Positions 42,391 to 44,008 of a DNA stretch of 44,008 nt are shown here, one piece after another (position 1 is the stretch's first letter; every line of letters starts with the position of its first letter). This DNA comes from a virus. The notes below the pieces were generated by a model, which worked only from the letters and a program-made list of their open reading frames with translations, was not told the DNA's origin and ran no database searches. The stretch is from IMG/VR virus record IMGVR_UViG_3300034140_000006, positions 1 to 44,008 of that record, one strand, 5' to 3'. Both the position numbers and the translations under genes were made by a program.

Positions 42391-42649
42391 GGTCAGCCTC
42401 CTTCCGGGCTCGGATCATGGCGTCTGCTATTTTGTAAGCCTTTTTGCTAAGGGCTTCTGGGTTGTTGTGATTACTTGCTCCGCCACCACCATGTGCGATC
42501 AGGAGTGCATTCATTGCTTTAGCTGCGAAATAGTCCCGTAGGCTCATTCCATCCTGTCCTTCAGCCTCTTCATTTTCGTTTTGAAATCCTGGACGTGGAA
42601 AGGCGAACCCGCCGTCATCAATCTTGTTATTCTTCTCAGAGTTTTGCAT
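42383..42649 (-). CDS. Conserved phage protein (88 aa, trimmed start)
   Basis: The motif DGGFAFP...GMSLRDYFAAKAM recurs in many phages. The track start at 42676 is TTG, so ATG 42649 is preferred. Confidence 0.55.
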   Translation of the reverse strand: MQNSEKNNKIDDGGFAFPRPGFQNENEEAEGQDGMSLRDYFAAKAMNALLIAHGGGGASNHNNPEALSKKAYKIADAMIRARKEADHE

Positions 42650-42689
42650 ATTTGCGCTGTTTATCGTGGTGTACAATTATTTGGAATTG

Positions 42690-42723
42690 GCCCCTGCTGC
42701 GTGGATTCAGCAGGGGCTTTTTT
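42690..42723 (+). terminator. Intrinsic-terminator-like hairpin whose T tract is on the + strand
   Basis: Perfect 10-bp stem gcccctgctg/cagcaggggc with an 8-nt loop, then TTTTTT on the + strand. An A run precedes it, so it may act in both directions. Flanking genes are all on the minus strand. Confidence 0.6.
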
Positions 42724-42958
42724 ATTTAAGGGGTAAGTCGAATTCGAAGGGTGTGACCGGATTGCCATTATCGAAGGCCGTTATAAATGCTTTGACTGCC
42801 TCTGGTATTTCGAATTCCTGACCCCGAACTAGAATGGTGGATAACACCATTGCGAAATCTGTCTCTAAGGCCTCTTTAACAGCGAGGGCAATCGCGCATT
42901 GGCAAGGGTCGTCGCGATAGCCTAGGTTAATGTGCCTTTGTTCTACCTTGATTTTCAT
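42722..42958 (-). CDS. Hypothetical protein (78 aa, trimmed start)
   Basis: ATG 42958 lies 4 nt after the upstream stop. Confidence 0.5.
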   Translation of the reverse strand: MKIKVEQRHINLGYRDDPCQCAIALAVKEALETDFAMVLSTILVRGQEFEIPEAVKAFITAFDNGNPVTPFEFDLPLK

Positions 42959-42962
42959 CTTC

Positions 42963-43121
42963 TTATCCCTTAGCTGTCTGCTTAATCCTGTTTTGCCTGT
43001 CGACTGCCTGCTGAATGAGCCGGGCTTGTGCTTCCTGCATCGCTTGCTGGTTCTTAAGCAGATCATCCATTTTCTTTTTGCTCTCTTCGTAGCGGGCTTG
43101 AATTGCTGTTAAGTCGTTCAT
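42963..43121 (-). CDS. Hypothetical coiled-coil protein (52 aa, trimmed start)
   Basis: ATG 43121 avoids overlap with 43154..43336. Confidence 0.45.
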   Translation of the reverse strand: MNDLTAIQARYEESKKKMDDLLKNQQAMQEAQARLIQQAVDRQNRIKQTAKG

Positions 43122-43153
43122 CGTGTTGGTGTTTATAGATGGATTATTGGAAA

Positions 43154-43336
43154 TTATTTGAAAGGGACAATTTCGCCAGTGTCTATAATTCGATAAGTAA
43201 AAAAAGAGGCGGACCTCCACTCAGTATCCGTATTGGTTCGAAAGTCGATCATATTATCTCTTTCGTTAAGTTCGCCTGCAGAACCGATGAACGTTTTGGC
43301 CCAATCTGTTTTGGCGTCTATAATGAGTACTTTCAT
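43154..43336 (-). CDS. Hypothetical protein (60 aa)
   Basis: ATG at 43336. Confidence 0.5.
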   Translation of the reverse strand: MKVLIIDAKTDWAKTFIGSAGELNERDNMIDFRTNTDTEWRSASFFTYRIIDTGEIVPFK

Positions 43337-43367
43337 AGTTGTGTGGATTATTTTATTGGAATTGAAA

Positions 43368-43496
43368 CTAGTTGCCTGATGGCCGGCACAGAGCGGCTAC
43401 ACATTCTTCGTAGTAATTCTCAGCCTGATCATTGCTTATAAGGAAGTCAATCAGGGCGCCTTCAATGTTTTTGGTGGAATCTTGGAGCGTTTTCAT
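43368..43496 (-). CDS. Unannotated small ORF (42 aa)
   Basis: MKTLQDSTKNIEGALIDFLISNDQAENYYEECVAALCRPSGN. A/C-rich leader. Confidence 0.4.
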   Translation of the reverse strand: MKTLQDSTKNIEGALIDFLISNDQAENYYEECVAALCRPSGN

Positions 43497-43518
43497 AGTG
43501 TGGATTGGAGTGTGTGGA

Positions 43519-43617
43519 TTAAATAAGTACTGCTAGCACGATTCCGAGCAACAGGGCGAATACAGCGTCTTCGATGTGGCGTCTGCGGTTGTGGAGTTTG
43601 AGGAATAGATTTTTCAT
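43519..43617 (-). CDS. Unannotated small membrane peptide (32 aa)
   Basis: MKNLFLKLHNRRRHIEDAVFALLLGIVLAVLI. Confidence 0.35.
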   Translation of the reverse strand: MKNLFLKLHNRRRHIEDAVFALLLGIVLAVLI

Positions 43618-43637
43618 AGCGTTTTGGGAGAATGAGG

Positions 43638-43814
43638 TTAGTACTGCGCTTTTACTTCAGTAGCCTGATAATAATTATCAATGTGCTTTTGAAAGAAGGT
43701 GACCTTTTTGCCTACCTGGTTGTAGCCGATGATTCTTGCTTTACGCCACCGATCTAGCGTTACCACGCTTACGCCTAAAATGTCAGCAGCTTGTTTTCGG
43801 GTGTATTTTTCCAT
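43638..43814 (-). CDS. Unannotated excisionase-like / HTH_17 DNA-binding protein (58 aa)
   Basis: MEKYTRKQAADILGVSVVTLDRWRKARIIGYNQVGKKVTFFQKHIDNYYQATEVKAQY. MerR/excisionase-type winged HTH. Divergent from int and first gene of the minus-strand early operon. Confidence 0.7.
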   Translation of the reverse strand: MEKYTRKQAADILGVSVVTLDRWRKARIIGYNQVGKKVTFFQKHIDNYYQATEVKAQY

Positions 43815-43819
43815 CTGTG

Positions 43820-43864
43820 ATAACTGTTGTTATTATATGATGGCAAATGTATAACTATCGTTAT
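43820..43864. promoter_or_regulatory. Two ATAAC-N4-GTTAT palindromes (43820..43833 and 43851..43864) in the int / xis-like divergent region
   Basis: Read directly. Centres are 31 bp apart. Confidence 0.55.
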
Positions 43865-43881
43865 TACAAAACAAGTGTTTA

Positions 43882-44008
43882 AAATTATTATTAATTACCT
43901 CGCATTATCACTTTTGTTACCCGAATTGTTACCCGATTTCTATTTCAGATGAACGCCACCATTCAGGTTGAGCTAAAACTGCCAGCAAAAGCAGATGGCA
44001 CACGTACA
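43882..44008. repeat. Terminal direct repeat, copy 2 (duplicate of 1..127, including a truncated int 5' end at 43949..44008)
   Basis: Identical to 1..127 with an offset of 43,881 bp. Confidence 0.9.

Larger units (their letters stand above)
1..43881. mobile_element. Complete temperate siphovirus-like phage genome (circular or circularly permuted), probably infecting Bacteroidota
   Basis: Carries integrase plus excisionase-like HTH, Erf/replication/Dam early genes, portal-MuF-scaffold-capsid, terS/terL, tape measure, tailspike and GH19 endolysin. The ends overlap by an exact 127 bp. Confidence 0.85.

Noticed and set aside
43949-44008. Apparent truncated second integrase gene at the end of the window
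   Set aside because: It is part of the exact 127-bp overlap with 1..127. It is the same gene seen twice because the record wraps around a circular molecule.
1-44008. Retron, diversity-generating retroelement, CRISPR-Cas, or stop-codon recoding
   Set aside because: No reverse-transcriptase-like ORF (no YxDD motif protein), no template/variable repeat pair and no spacer-repeat array were seen. All large genes are intact in the standard code, so there is no sign of TAG or TGA reassignment.

Overview
The window is one complete temperate, siphovirus-like phage genome. Bases 1-127 are identical to 43882-44008, so the unique length is 43,881 bp and the molecule is circular or circularly permuted. 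The repeat cuts into the integrase ORF, which marks it as an assembly overlap. The host is probably Bacteroidota, judged from the integrase type, HTH_17-type regulators, A/C-rich leaders that mostly lack a Shine-Dalgarno sequence, and TAnnTTTG-like -7 boxes.

Layout:
- Lysogeny corner: int (+, 68..1282), divergent from an unannotated excisionase-like HTH (43638..43814), plus a 500-aa helical-repeat protein.
- Three small-gene accessory cassettes (3.5-6.0 kb), each with a palindromic promoter element.
- Lysis cassette (6.1-9.3 kb): holin-like gene, overlapped spanin-like pair, an HNH gene on the opposite strand, GH19 endolysin.
- Tail module (9.3-23.7 kb): 1133-aa tailspike, tape measure.
- terL, terS and a lipoprotein (24.0-26.0 kb).
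- An AT-rich five-gene island on the + strand (26.1-27.6 kb), sitting between terS and the capsid gene.
- Capsid, scaffold, MuF-like protein, portal and an Ig-domain protein (27.6-33.6 kb).
- Minus-strand early region (33.7-43.8 kb): YopX, DUF551-like, Dam methylase, replication initiator with internal iterons, GIY-YIG-like nuclease, MazG-like, Erf.

Most interesting candidates:
1. A receptor plus pre-peptide-like pair next to int (RRNPP/arbitrium-like hypothesis).
2. The opposite-strand XRE-led island inside the morphogenesis module.
3. The acr-aca-like cassettes that share an identical 26-bp palindrome.
4. An iteron, G-tract and AT-rich origin inside the rep gene.

All functional calls come from motifs read by eye. 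No database search was possible.
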